Positions 49,827-59,528 of a DNA stretch of 62,840 nucleotides are shown here, piece by piece. The DNA lies in assembly GCA_937983055.1 (NCBI GenBank), contig CALJLA010000023.1:1-62840 (forward strand). Direction: 5' to 3'. This DNA is from an uncultured Pseudomonadota bacterium. GTDB taxonomy: Bacteria > Pseudomonadota > Gammaproteobacteria > Burkholderiales > Eutrophovitaceae. The position numbers and the translations under genes are program-made. Each line of letters starts with the position of its first letter. Position 1 is the first letter of the stretch. The notes below the pieces were generated by a model. The model had not been told where the DNA came from, ran no database searches, and saw nothing but the letters and a program-made list of their open reading frames with translations.

Positions 49827-50561
49827 ATGGAAGACCGAGAAGCAGCTCTTTTGGCCAGATCCTGCTACCAAAGCCCGGATGAGGCGCAGGAGTCGGGTAA
49901 GCGTCTCGGCTTCGAGTTTGAAGATCTCTCCCTTGAGGAGAGCGAGGTCTACGTTTTCTCCAGGCCCGATGCCACGGTCGTCGCCTTTCGTGGAACCGAT
50001 GGCATCGCCGACCTGATAACCGACCTCAAGGTAAAGAAGCGGTCGATAAAGATGTCGGGACTTCTCAACGGAGCGAAGATCCATCGAGGCATCGATGAGC
50101 ACCTTGGGGTTGTCCGGGACTTCGTTATCGATCGCGCCAGGATGGCCGACAGCCCCCTGGTCTACGTTGGCCATTCCCTTGGGGCTGGAGTTGCCCAGGT
50201 CGCCGCCCTTGAAGCGGCATGCGCTGAAATAAAAGTAAGCGCAGTCATCACCTTCGGGGGAATGCGCCCTGGAAATAAGTCTTTTGTGCGAGCTTACAAC
50301 AGTCGTCTTGGCGAGGTGACGAGGCGGTACCGACAAGCCTTGGACCCCGTTCCGAATCTTCCGCCAAGGCGATGGGGGTATCGGCACACTCTTGGGGATC
50401 TCTACATCGATACGAGCGGGAGAATTCGAAGCAAGATCGGGTTCTGGTCATCCGCTTGGGACTTTTTCGCCCGACTTACCTGGCGTCGTCGTTGGGATGC
50501 GAAGCCAGAGTTCTTGTCCGCCCATTCAATGAGCAGTTACGTGAAGGCTTTTGGTCGATGA
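49827..50561 (+). CDS. Class 3 lipase (alpha/beta hydrolase)
   Basis: VAFRGT, IHRG, GHSLG nucleophile elbow, TFG..RPGN, DPVP..PP, H.M..Y. Confidence 0.9.
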   Translation: MEDREAALLARSCYQSPDEAQESGKRLGFEFEDLSLEESEVYVFSRPDATVVAFRGTDGIADLITDLKVKKRSIKMSGLLNGAKIHRGIDEHLGVVRDFVIDRARMADSPLVYVGHSLGAGVAQVAALEAACAEIKVSAVITFGGMRPGNKSFVRAYNSRLGEVTRRYRQALDPVPNLPPRRWGYRHTLGDLYIDTSGRIRSKIGFWSSAWDFFARLTWRRRWDAKPEFLSAHSMSSYVKAFGR

Positions 50562-52069
50562 CGAGTATCTCTCGCCATATCAATCTTCGCGGCCGAAGAC
50601 GGATACCGATCATTCGCCCGAGCGGTAGCCCATCTGCAGCTCCTTCGCCACCAGAGACTGGTTGGACAGACCAAGAATCGCTTCCAGTGGCAACGAAGAT
50701 CTACGTCTCGAGCTCGACCGGTAGCGATGCGAATCCCGGGACGGAGGTCTCTCCGATCGCAACGCTTGCCGAAGCGTATAGCCGGGTCACTGACGGGCAA
50801 CCTGACTGGGTTCTGTTTCGCCGTGGCGATACGTGGGATGAGTCTTGGGACGAGTGGAAGAAGTCTGGAACGGATTCGTCTAACCGAATCGTCATTCGTG
50901 CATATGGAGATGTCTCTACGCCTCGGCCAATACTTTGCGCGAAAGACGACGACAACTGGTTCGCCATAGGCGATGGCGGAAACATATCGGTTTTCGATAT
51001 CGATTTCTACAACCGGTTTCGTGATCCGGGGCATGCCGACTACGACCCAGCGGCTTTAGGCCACGACGCCCTTTGGTTCTTTGCGGGCACTGACAACATT
51101 CGCGTAGAGGGGTGTCGGTTTCGATACAACCGACACGGCTGTTCTTTTCAGGAAGATGCCGGAAGAACCCCAGACAACTGCGTCGTTTATCGATGCGCCT
51201 TTGATTACAACTACCCCGACGGGGCGGGCCTGGCGTCGGGTCTCTTTATGACCGAGGGAAGCGGGTTCACTCTGGAGGAATGCACGTTCTTCCATAACGG
51301 GTATCTGTCCGGAGATCCGACAAACAACCGCAACCACAATCTGTACCTTGACAACGTTGACAACCTGACGTTCAGGGGAAACTTCTCCATCCAGTCGTCG
51401 AATATCTGCGCGAAGATGAAGGGCGACTGGGAGAGAAGCATGGTGGGTGGTCTCTATGAAAAGAACGTGATGGGGTACAGCCAGATCGGGCTGTCCTTTG
51501 GTGGAAACGCGGAGAATACCGACGACTTTCCACCAAACGGTGTTATCGCGTTCGACAACCAAGTGATTCAGGACAACGTTTTCATGCACTTTGGTGAGAA
51601 CGTTATTCCGGACCAGCCTCAGCGGCGCGCGATCGGAATCAAGGTTATCGAGGACAGCTCTTTTGTTCGCAATTACTGCATCCTGTCAGAAAACACGGTT
51701 GCCCCCAGCCCATCGCACCCAATTCCAGATCAAGCGGCTCAGTGGCTTCTCGACATACCGCTTGGCGAGCAGACGAATATCGTTTTCACGGACAACGTGA
51801 TCCATCGGTGGAGGGTTGGTGTCCAGGACCCCATCCGTATCGATCCGGCGTCTGGGTACACCGAAACCGGAACGATCAGCGGTCAGGCCGATGGGTATTG
51901 GGTGGACTACAACCGCGATCTCGATGCCTACGCTCTTGAGAAGGGGTACGGAACGACTTACGTCCACCTCATGAACGCTGCCTGCGAAAACCGTCGCGGC
52001 AGCTGGGACACTGATTTGACGGCAGAGGCTGTCTACGACTGGGTGGTTGCCGGATACACGCCGGCTTAA
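50558..52069 (+). CDS. Right-handed beta-helix protein, paralog 1
   Basis: IYVSSSTGSDANPG...PIATL...GQPDWVLFRRGD, parallel beta-helix repeats, NHNLY. Confidence 0.8.
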   Translation: MTSISRHINLRGRRRIPIIRPSGSPSAAPSPPETGWTDQESLPVATKIYVSSSTGSDANPGTEVSPIATLAEAYSRVTDGQPDWVLFRRGDTWDESWDEWKKSGTDSSNRIVIRAYGDVSTPRPILCAKDDDNWFAIGDGGNISVFDIDFYNRFRDPGHADYDPAALGHDALWFFAGTDNIRVEGCRFRYNRHGCSFQEDAGRTPDNCVVYRCAFDYNYPDGAGLASGLFMTEGSGFTLEECTFFHNGYLSGDPTNNRNHNLYLDNVDNLTFRGNFSIQSSNICAKMKGDWERSMVGGLYEKNVMGYSQIGLSFGGNAENTDDFPPNGVIAFDNQVIQDNVFMHFGENVIPDQPQRRAIGIKVIEDSSFVRNYCILSENTVAPSPSHPIPDQAAQWLLDIPLGEQTNIVFTDNVIHRWRVGVQDPIRIDPASGYTETGTISGQADGYWVDYNRDLDAYALEKGYGTTYVHLMNAACENRRGSWDTDLTAEAVYDWVVAGYTPA

Positions 52070-52083
52070 AGGAGGTCTTAATC

Positions 52084-53640
52084 GTGGCAGAAATCTTTGT
52101 CGACGCACCGAGCACTGAAGATCACGAGGCAGCGCTCGCGCGTATCGCCGCGATTGAGGCAACTGACGGAGGCCACGAGGCGCGAATGGACGCGCTCGAG
52201 GCGCGTATCGCTGCGCTCGAAGCAGTTCCCCCACCACCGCCCACCCCTTCTCCACCACCGAGCACGGGACGAGGATTCACGGATCTATCGACGCTGCCAA
52301 AGGCGAAGGTCTTCTACGTCTCGCCAACAGGTGATGACTCGAACGATGGCGAAAGTGAGGGCTCTCCATTCCGAACGCTTCAGAGAGCCTACAACTCAGT
52401 TCGCTCGGGAAGCCCAGACTGGATCCTGCTTCAGGGAGGCGGAGCTTATCAGGGGCCTCTTGCGAGCAAGTGGGAGAAGAGCGGCCAGGATGCGAACGCG
52501 CGGATCGTGGTCGCCAGCTACGGCCAAGAATCGGCACCGCGTCCGATCATCGACCCGGGCGCGGCCATGGGCTGCTTCTTCGCCGTTCAAGATGGCGGGT
52601 TCGTCAGCCTTTACTCGCTCGATTTCTACAACCGAGCTCGAGATCCCTCGAGCCCTGGATATGACCCAGCGGCGACGGGGTCCGACGGGATTCGATTCTA
52701 TGCGGGGCCGCACGACATCCGCTTAGAGGATGTGCGCGTCCGATTCTTCTCCACCGGCATCAGCGGCGAGATCGATCGGCATACGGGCAATGCCCCACGA
52801 AACATTGAGATCTTTCGCTGCACAGTTGACCACAACTACCCGCGAGGATCCCACGGGCAGGGACTCTTCTTCACCGGCGTTACCGGCATCACGATCGATG
52901 AGTGCGTGATCGACTACAACGGCTGGAACGCTGAGTCTGGTGCGGCTCGAACCATCTTCAATCACAACGCATACATCAACGGCTGCCATGACGTGGTCGT
53001 GCGTGACTGCTGGTCGACACGTGGGAGTTCAATGTCATGGAAGCTGAAGGCGAACACTCCGCGAGCGGCGATCGGCGGCCTCTACACGGGCAATGTCTGC
53101 TCCGAATCTGCGATCGGGTTCTCGATGGGAGGAAACATCGAGGCCTCGGACATCGGCTTCGAGGATCAGAGGTGTAACGACAACGTATTCGTCGACATGT
53201 GGGGCAATCCTCCGGCGCAGCCGGAGAAGAGGGGCCTCGGCATCAAGTCGATTCGCAACTCTGAGTTCCTCAGGAACCTCTTCCTGCATTCGCCCACCGA
53301 CTACGGAAACAAGTCGGCAATTTGGGTGCTGGACATGCCGATCGAATCGACTCGAGTCGCCGACAACCTGGCCTACGCCTGGCAGACTAACGGACCGGTC
53401 TACCGCATCGATGCTCCCGCTGGCGTTGATGCGCAGGGCAATGTCGAGGTGACAGACCCCTCTCAGGTGGTTTATGCGCAGAGAACGATGAAGACTTTCG
53501 CGGCCTCGGTCGGAGCCGGGCCCGATCTTGCGAGCCTGATGGCAGTTGCTGTCGAGAACCGAAAAGGCGCATGGAATAGCGATGTGACGGCGAAAGCCGC
53601 CAGCGTCTACTTCCGAGAAGGTTTCAAGCTGGTGAACTAA
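52084..53640 (+). CDS. Right-handed beta-helix protein, paralog 2, with N-terminal coiled coil
   Basis: FYVSPTGDDSNDG...PFRTL...GSPDWILL, NHNAY; LEARIAALE heptads and a Pro linker. Confidence 0.8.
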   Translation: MAEIFVDAPSTEDHEAALARIAAIEATDGGHEARMDALEARIAALEAVPPPPPTPSPPPSTGRGFTDLSTLPKAKVFYVSPTGDDSNDGESEGSPFRTLQRAYNSVRSGSPDWILLQGGGAYQGPLASKWEKSGQDANARIVVASYGQESAPRPIIDPGAAMGCFFAVQDGGFVSLYSLDFYNRARDPSSPGYDPAATGSDGIRFYAGPHDIRLEDVRVRFFSTGISGEIDRHTGNAPRNIEIFRCTVDHNYPRGSHGQGLFFTGVTGITIDECVIDYNGWNAESGAARTIFNHNAYINGCHDVVVRDCWSTRGSSMSWKLKANTPRAAIGGLYTGNVCSESAIGFSMGGNIEASDIGFEDQRCNDNVFVDMWGNPPAQPEKRGLGIKSIRNSEFLRNLFLHSPTDYGNKSAIWVLDMPIESTRVADNLAYAWQTNGPVYRIDAPAGVDAQGNVEVTDPSQVVYAQRTMKTFAASVGAGPDLASLMAVAVENRKGAWNSDVTAKAASVYFREGFKLVN

Positions 53641-54179
53641 TGCCGAGCCAACTCGCTGGAATGGGAGCAGCCGGAGGTGTTGGCACTTCCGTAGACTGGG
53701 ACACTAAGGGGATCGACGCAGCGGCAGCGCATCGATTCCTTCACGGCGAGGTCTCACTGGTCTTTGACACCGGCGATGCCAACAACCATCGAGCGGCGAT
53801 ATTCGAAGATCGAATCGACGACTCTTACGACTCGGGCAATGACGTCACGTTCGAGATCGTCTGGAAGATTGAATCGACGGCCGCCGACCCCTCGTCCGAG
53901 GTCGTTGAGTGGAAGGTCGCCATAAGAAGGCTTCAGGCGGGAACGACAGACGTTAGCGCTACGACCGGTTTCGCTGCGTCGGTTGACATAACTGACAGTC
54001 CGACGTCAACCGACTGGATGCACCTCCGAGTCACAGCGACCCTTACGAACGCGCAACTCGACTCGATAGCAGCAGGTGACTTGTTCCAATGCTTGATTCA
54101 TCGAGATGGGGATGACGTAACCGACACCATTGCCGCGGACGACGACCCACACCTTGTCTCTTGGGCGATATACCAGTAA
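53640..54179 (+). CDS. Putative virion structural protein
   Basis: Beta-rich 179 aa, translationally coupled in the late operon. Confidence 0.6.
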   Translation: MPSQLAGMGAAGGVGTSVDWDTKGIDAAAAHRFLHGEVSLVFDTGDANNHRAAIFEDRIDDSYDSGNDVTFEIVWKIESTAADPSSEVVEWKVAIRRLQAGTTDVSATTGFAASVDITDSPTSTDWMHLRVTATLTNAQLDSIAAGDLFQCLIHRDGDDVTDTIAADDDPHLVSWAIYQ

Positions 54180-54946
54180 TGGCTCGCCAGTTCACAGCAT
54201 CCAGTTCGCAATACGGAGAGAACACGAGCGCGGTTCCGTTTCAGGACGGAGCTTACACAATCTCGGCGTGGGTGTGGTTTGACACCAACACACCAGCGAA
54301 CGAGAGATTCATCGCCCTGTCGGAGTCAGGCGGGCATCACATAATGCTCGCGTACGCAGCAGGTAGTTGGTTCTTCCGCCTCAACGACGGGGGCAACAAA
54401 GACATCCAGCAGGTCGTTGGAGTGTCGGCCGACACGTGGATACACGTTTGCGCCCTATCGGAGAGCGTCTCCTCTCGGAGGCTCTACATCGACAACGTAG
54501 AGGTCGCGGCAAGTCCGAACACTGCAACTGCTTCGTCGAACACTTGGACAGACACGCGAGTCGCAGTCCATGAGACCGTCTCGGCGAATCATCTCGATGG
54601 CCGCCTGGCTCGGGTCGGCTGGTGGAATGTTGCATTGAACGCGGACGAGAGGACGGCGCTCTTTGAGGGGGCTCCTCCAGGCAGTGTTCGTCCAGAAAGC
54701 CTGGCCGCGTGGCATGAGTTCGATGACGACAACAGCTCAACAGTCATCGACCGCTGGTACAACGGCATCGACCTGACTCTTCAGGGGGGTAGCGGTGGGT
54801 GGGCGGAGGGCCCTGAGGGGCTCTGGTATCCGACAAATTCAAGGAAGACTTCCGTGGTCGCAGCAGCCCCAACGATCACGGCGGACATGTGGGGCATTCA
54901 GCAGAGTCAACCAAATCCGCCGTCGGTGGCGGTAGTTTCCTACTGA
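54179..54946 (+). CDS. LamG/concanavalin A-like domain protein
   Basis: YTISAWV, TWIHVC, RLYIDN, LDGRL...WNVAL...E motifs. Confidence 0.8.
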   Translation: MARQFTASSSQYGENTSAVPFQDGAYTISAWVWFDTNTPANERFIALSESGGHHIMLAYAAGSWFFRLNDGGNKDIQQVVGVSADTWIHVCALSESVSSRRLYIDNVEVAASPNTATASSNTWTDTRVAVHETVSANHLDGRLARVGWWNVALNADERTALFEGAPPGSVRPESLAAWHEFDDDNSSTVIDRWYNGIDLTLQGGSGGWAEGPEGLWYPTNSRKTSVVAAAPTITADMWGIQQSQPNPPSVAVVSY

Positions 54947-54957
54947 AAGGAAGACAG

Positions 54958-55416
54958 ATGGGACGCAGGTATTCGATCAGCGGAAGCGATCCTTCGATCG
55001 CCAACAACACGACCGTGATGGCGCTCGATAGCGCTGCCTCGGTGAGGCCTCTTGTTTACGATCTTGTCGTCAGCTGCCGAGACACTCCGGCTGATCAGGC
55101 CTCCGGCTACCAACTGGAGCGTTTTGCCGGCGGAGCTGGCACGTCTGGCTCGGCGGTAACTCCACAAGCCCTTGATCCCTCGGACCCGGCATCGGCCTGT
55201 GCGGCTGGCCAGGCCACTTACACGGCCGAGCCGACCTATACGGCAAATGCCACGCTTCTTGCATTCAACCTGAACCAGCGCGCGACCTTTCGCTGGGTCG
55301 CAGCTCCTGGGGGCGAGCTGGTCCTTCCGGCCGATGACGATGGAGGGCTTGGCATTGTCGCCACTTCACCGACCGCTTCTTTCTCTGTGGATGCAATGAT
55401 TCACTTCGAGGAGTAG
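54958..55416 (+). CDS. Putative virion structural protein
   Basis: Beta-rich ORF with AAGGAAG SD. Confidence 0.6.
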   Translation: MGRRYSISGSDPSIANNTTVMALDSAASVRPLVYDLVVSCRDTPADQASGYQLERFAGGAGTSGSAVTPQALDPSDPASACAAGQATYTAEPTYTANATLLAFNLNQRATFRWVAAPGGELVLPADDDGGLGIVATSPTASFSVDAMIHFEE

Positions 55417-55419
55417 AAG

Positions 55420-55668
55420 GTGAACTCATCGGTACGTCGCGCCAAGGGCAGCATCATCATCGATGGTCGACAGGTTGCGGACACGCTCCAGTGTCCGCAC
55501 TGCGGCGGCCACTTTCAGATCATTCGAGCGGGAAGGAAGCAGGTCAATTGGCCCTATTGCAAAAACTGCGGATCATTGACCTGCGGTCTTCCCAAGTGTC
55601 ATGAATGCGTTCCCATCGAGGAGAAGTTGGATCTGTACGAGTTGGGGAAGATTTCTGAGCTGAGATGA
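55420..55668 (+). CDS. Small Cys-rich zinc-binding protein
   Basis: CPHC, CKNC, C....C..C. Confidence 0.65.
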   Translation: MNSSVRRAKGSIIIDGRQVADTLQCPHCGGHFQIIRAGRKQVNWPYCKNCGSLTCGLPKCHECVPIEEKLDLYELGKISELR

Positions 55669-55669
55669 A

Positions 55670-56278
55670 ATGCGCCAGCAGGTTGTCTTTCAATACCAGG
55701 AACGCTCAGAGCCGGTATACGTCGCGGCTCCGGATCTCTGGTTCCCGGTCGAAGTCAGTCGGCCGGCTGGCCAAGAGCATCGGGTTCAGCCCGATGCGGT
55801 CTCTTTCGTCGAGCTTTTGGCCCAGGGCCCTGTCCCCGATGTCTCGACCTGGCTTCCGAATGAAAACGACCTCGCGGCAGAGGTCCCTCGTCGCATTGTT
55901 CTCTCTCCCGATCTCCATCACGTCGAGCTCATGTCCGACATGGGCCTGGAGCCGACGATCGATGGCTGGGCGCCGACAACCGACGACCTTGCCGCACACA
56001 GGAAGCGGGGCCCCTTTCGGCATCAGAGAGCCTTTTTCTACGGAGAAGAGGTCGCAGCGCCGACAGCTCCAGAACTCTCCTGGTTCTGCCAGATATCGAC
56101 GCCTACTCGTGTCAGGGCGACAGCGGTTCAAGGGCCTCACATATGTTTTGTTGAGGATCTTGCCCCGCAAACCCTGCCAGATCTTGGCTGGCTTGTTCAG
56201 GCAAGCGAGCCCGTACGAAGCTCAGAAATCTGGCCAATTTGGAAAGGCAAGGGCGACAAGAACGAGCCCCTTGGTTAG
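55670..56278 (+). CDS. Hypothetical protein
   Basis: 202-aa Pro/Trp-rich ORF in the late operon. Confidence 0.55.
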   Translation: MRQQVVFQYQERSEPVYVAAPDLWFPVEVSRPAGQEHRVQPDAVSFVELLAQGPVPDVSTWLPNENDLAAEVPRRIVLSPDLHHVELMSDMGLEPTIDGWAPTTDDLAAHRKRGPFRHQRAFFYGEEVAAPTAPELSWFCQISTPTRVRATAVQGPHICFVEDLAPQTLPDLGWLVQASEPVRSSEIWPIWKGKGDKNEPLG

Positions 56279-56283
56279 CTGAC

Positions 56284-56736
56284 ATGGGCATCTCTCAGGT
56301 TCTTTTCGGAACCACACGAACGATCCCGCAAAAGGGCGAGACCGGCTGGGGGGCTGAAACAACTAGCTTAATCAACGATCTCGCTAAGTTCTGTAACGGC
56401 ATTGGAACGCTGGTGAACGACATCGCAGCTTTGTCTTTGCCGCCCGAAGATTCCGTTCTTGCCGATGGGGCGACGCTCACTAAGACCAGGGTGCAGCACA
56501 TGGTCTCCGGATCTGGTGGGGCCGTCACCCTTGACACTTCAACCGCAATTGCTAACGGGTCTGTGGATGGAGAGCTTCTGCAGATCCGAGGGACGGACTC
56601 GACCAATACGGTTTACATCCAGGACGGGGCAAATGTGAGCTTGAACGGCGATATCCTTTTCAGGAATGGAACAGCCCTACTGCTCATCTGGGATGTCGAC
56701 AATGATCTCTGGAACGAGCTCAGTAGGAGCGAGTAA
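56284..56736 (+). CDS. Tail-associated protein
   Basis: IP..GETGWG N-terminus; C-terminal domain similar to the tailspike C-terminus. Confidence 0.65.
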   Translation: MGISQVLFGTTRTIPQKGETGWGAETTSLINDLAKFCNGIGTLVNDIAALSLPPEDSVLADGATLTKTRVQHMVSGSGGAVTLDTSTAIANGSVDGELLQIRGTDSTNTVYIQDGANVSLNGDILFRNGTALLLIWDVDNDLWNELSRSE

Positions 56737-59528
56737 TGCCTGAGAGAGAGCTCCATCTTTACGATCGAGGCGAGATTCGCTTCTACGAGGACAAGCCGAA
56801 TGGGACGAACTACACAGCGCTTCGTGGAGCTGCGAGCCAGAGCGGCGTGGTTTCTTGGTCGCTTCCAGCTGCCGACGGATCTGCTGGCCAGTTCCTCCAG
56901 ACCGATGGAGCTGGAGGGCTGAGTTTTGCCAGCGGCACTGGCGTTGAAATCTACAACGTTAAGTCTGCCGCTTACGGAGCCGTGGGGGATGTCCCGGACA
57001 ATCCAACCCCTGCCCAGTTGACAGCGGCAACGGACGACACATCTGCGATTCAGGCCGCTATCGATGCGGCCGAATTGATCGGAGGCGTCGTCTATTTGCC
57101 CGATGGCGGCTACAAGACGACCTCAGCCCTTGTAATCAACAGCCCGTTCGTTCGCTTTGAGGGCGCTGGAAAGGCAAAGCTCTACCAGGCGAATGCAGCC
57201 TCTAACGTTCTCGAGATCCAGTCGACTACCGATGTTTCGGTGAAGAACATCGAATTCATTGGAGTCGGTGGTGATGGCGAGACTTCGAGTAACAACGATA
57301 ACGGGGTGGAGATCAAGAGCGCGAGCGTCAGCTCGCCGGCACAGGGGGACTGCGCTCGCATCAACGTCGAGGACTGCGTCTTTCGAGACTTTCGCTGGAA
57401 CGGCGTATTCGCCGAATTTACCGATGTCCTGAAGATCATCAACTGTCGAATCATTGGGTGCAGAGACGGGTTCTCGATCAATGCTTGCAGGGATGCCGAG
57501 CTTCGGGGCCTCTACCTGAACGGGTCGATGCTCGCTGAAGCGTCGACAAAACAAGCTGCTACGATTGGTGTCTATACAGGCGGAATAAACGGGAACGGCC
57601 ACTCGGGGACTTTTGACCATCTTCAGGCTGAGAACGTTCGAATCATTGACTGCGTCATCGAGGATCGAGACAACCAGCAGGCAGTTCTTGTCCATGGCGG
57701 GAAGAGAATCGTCATAGACAGTCTCATCATCGAGAACTCGATCGCTGGCATTGACCTGCTTCCAGAGTCTACGGAGCAGAATGCCGACGTCATGGATGTC
57801 GTGGTCTCGAACTGCGTCATCAACCTGAAGACATCGGGGTCTCCGGGTTCGAATCCTGGGAACTACGGCATTCAAGTTGGCGGTCGCTCGACAGCTCCGA
57901 CGAAGTATACCGAGCGCGTGGTGATTACTGGGTGCGTGATTACCGGTGGAAACAAAGCGCTCGATCTCTCCGGTGGCGGCGGGATCATGCTTCAGTCCTA
58001 CACGCGAGGGGTCGTCATCACGGGGTGTGACGTCTCCAATTGCACCGGGATTGGAATCGGCACACGCGGCGACAAGAACGAGAGCTTCTCGATCGGTGGC
58101 GGCACGCGCGTTCGCGATGTAGTGGCTGGCACCAATCAGGGGGCTGCCTTTGATTTCCAGACGGGAGAGGCTGCTGGGGTCGGCGTGCTCTCTGGGTCAA
58201 TTGATGGCGTTTACATCGATAGCTGCGTTGTCGGATACGGCGTTCATGCGAACGACTCTCCGGCTAAGGATCTACATCTGAACTCGGCGATCTTCCACAA
58301 CGTCACGACTGAGCGCGTGAACCGCCTCGCGGATCATCGCAGCGGGGTCTTCAATGTCTCGGCCTATGGGGCCGAAGGCAACAACCTCAACGACGATAGA
58401 GCGCGAATCCAGGCAGCTATCGACGCTGCAGCAGCCGCAACTCCAGCTGGAGCGATTGTCTTCTTCCCGCCTGGGACCTACCGCCTGGCTGCGTCGTTAA
58501 CGCTTCCCGACAACGTTACTCTTATCGGCTCTGGGCCTCGGTCAACTGTTCTGCGTGGAAACAACCTGGTCAGCGACACCTTGCTCGAGGCCGACGATAC
58601 AGGGGCCACTACGACTGGCGTAAAGGTCCAGGGCATCGGATTCGATAACGGATCGGAGGGGAACACCGGAGCGGTTGGTCTTGACATCACACGCTTTCAG
58701 CACTGCCGAATCGAAGACTGTCGTTTCTCGAATGTCGAGACCGGCATCAAGGGGGACTCGTCCAGTGGAGACACCCGCCACAACCGGCTGCTGAATCTCG
58801 AGTTCTCCACCTGCGCCAACGGAATCGATGTCGAGGACTTCGACTCGAGCGAAATCGTTGGCGGCTACCTAACCGACGTCAATACGGGCATCGCGCTTGA
58901 CGGCGCTTCCTATGTTCGAGTCAGCGGCGTCTCACTGAAGCTCAAGACCGGAGAGACCGGTATCTCTGTCGGCGGCTCGGTTGCTTCGGAGAGGGTGACG
59001 ATTGAGGACGTTTGGATCGAGGGGACGTCGAGCGCTGGCACGGGAATCAACGTGGGTGGGAATTCAACGCAAACCAGGATCATTCGTCCGTCTTACACCC
59101 TTCTCGGAACGAACATCTCCGACTCTGGAACGAACACCATAACGATCGATGACAGCATAACCGCGATCAATGGAACGTTCTCAGGCAACGTTTCGGTCAC
59201 TGGCGATGTTGTCGTTAGCAAGGATCTTTCCCTGGGAGCCCCCGAGTCACACACGATTGCCAGCGGCGCTATCACTGTGACCGGGTCCTATGCGACGGTA
59301 GCCGGAGAGGGAGCAGCTCCAGATCAGCTGGACACGATCAACGGCGGCCAAGACGGGATGGTCCTCGTGCTCAGGCGAGACACCGACAACATTACGGTGG
59401 CACACAATACGGGGAATATACTCCTCGACTCTTCGGCAAACTGTGCCTTGGCAAATGACCAGCACAGAATCTTCCTGATCTACGATGCCGGTCTCGCTAA
59501 GTGGTGTGAAATCTCGAGGCAAGACTGA
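56736..59528 (+). CDS. Tailspike/depolymerase with two pectate-lyase-like beta-helix modules
   Basis: NVK...YGAVGD...DDTSAIQAAID...VYLPDGGY, and a second NVSAYGAEGN...DD...IQAAID...FFPPGTY. Confidence 0.88.
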   Translation: MPERELHLYDRGEIRFYEDKPNGTNYTALRGAASQSGVVSWSLPAADGSAGQFLQTDGAGGLSFASGTGVEIYNVKSAAYGAVGDVPDNPTPAQLTAATDDTSAIQAAIDAAELIGGVVYLPDGGYKTTSALVINSPFVRFEGAGKAKLYQANAASNVLEIQSTTDVSVKNIEFIGVGGDGETSSNNDNGVEIKSASVSSPAQGDCARINVEDCVFRDFRWNGVFAEFTDVLKIINCRIIGCRDGFSINACRDAELRGLYLNGSMLAEASTKQAATIGVYTGGINGNGHSGTFDHLQAENVRIIDCVIEDRDNQQAVLVHGGKRIVIDSLIIENSIAGIDLLPESTEQNADVMDVVVSNCVINLKTSGSPGSNPGNYGIQVGGRSTAPTKYTERVVITGCVITGGNKALDLSGGGGIMLQSYTRGVVITGCDVSNCTGIGIGTRGDKNESFSIGGGTRVRDVVAGTNQGAAFDFQTGEAAGVGVLSGSIDGVYIDSCVVGYGVHANDSPAKDLHLNSAIFHNVTTERVNRLADHRSGVFNVSAYGAEGNNLNDDRARIQAAIDAAAAATPAGAIVFFPPGTYRLAASLTLPDNVTLIGSGPRSTVLRGNNLVSDTLLEADDTGATTTGVKVQGIGFDNGSEGNTGAVGLDITRFQHCRIEDCRFSNVETGIKGDSSSGDTRHNRLLNLEFSTCANGIDVEDFDSSEIVGGYLTDVNTGIALDGASYVRVSGVSLKLKTGETGISVGGSVASERVTIEDVWIEGTSSAGTGINVGGNSTQTRIIRPSYTLLGTNISDSGTNTITIDDSITAINGTFSGNVSVTGDVVVSKDLSLGAPESHTIASGAITVTGSYATVAGEGAAPDQLDTINGGQDGMVLVLRRDTDNITVAHNTGNILLDSSANCALANDQHRIFLIYDAGLAKWCEISRQD

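Noticed and set aside
49206-50387. Long antisense ORFs such as 49206-50387, 4461-5273 and 47260-48087
   Set aside because: Shadows of well-supported plus-strand genes in GC-rich DNA, with no motifs.
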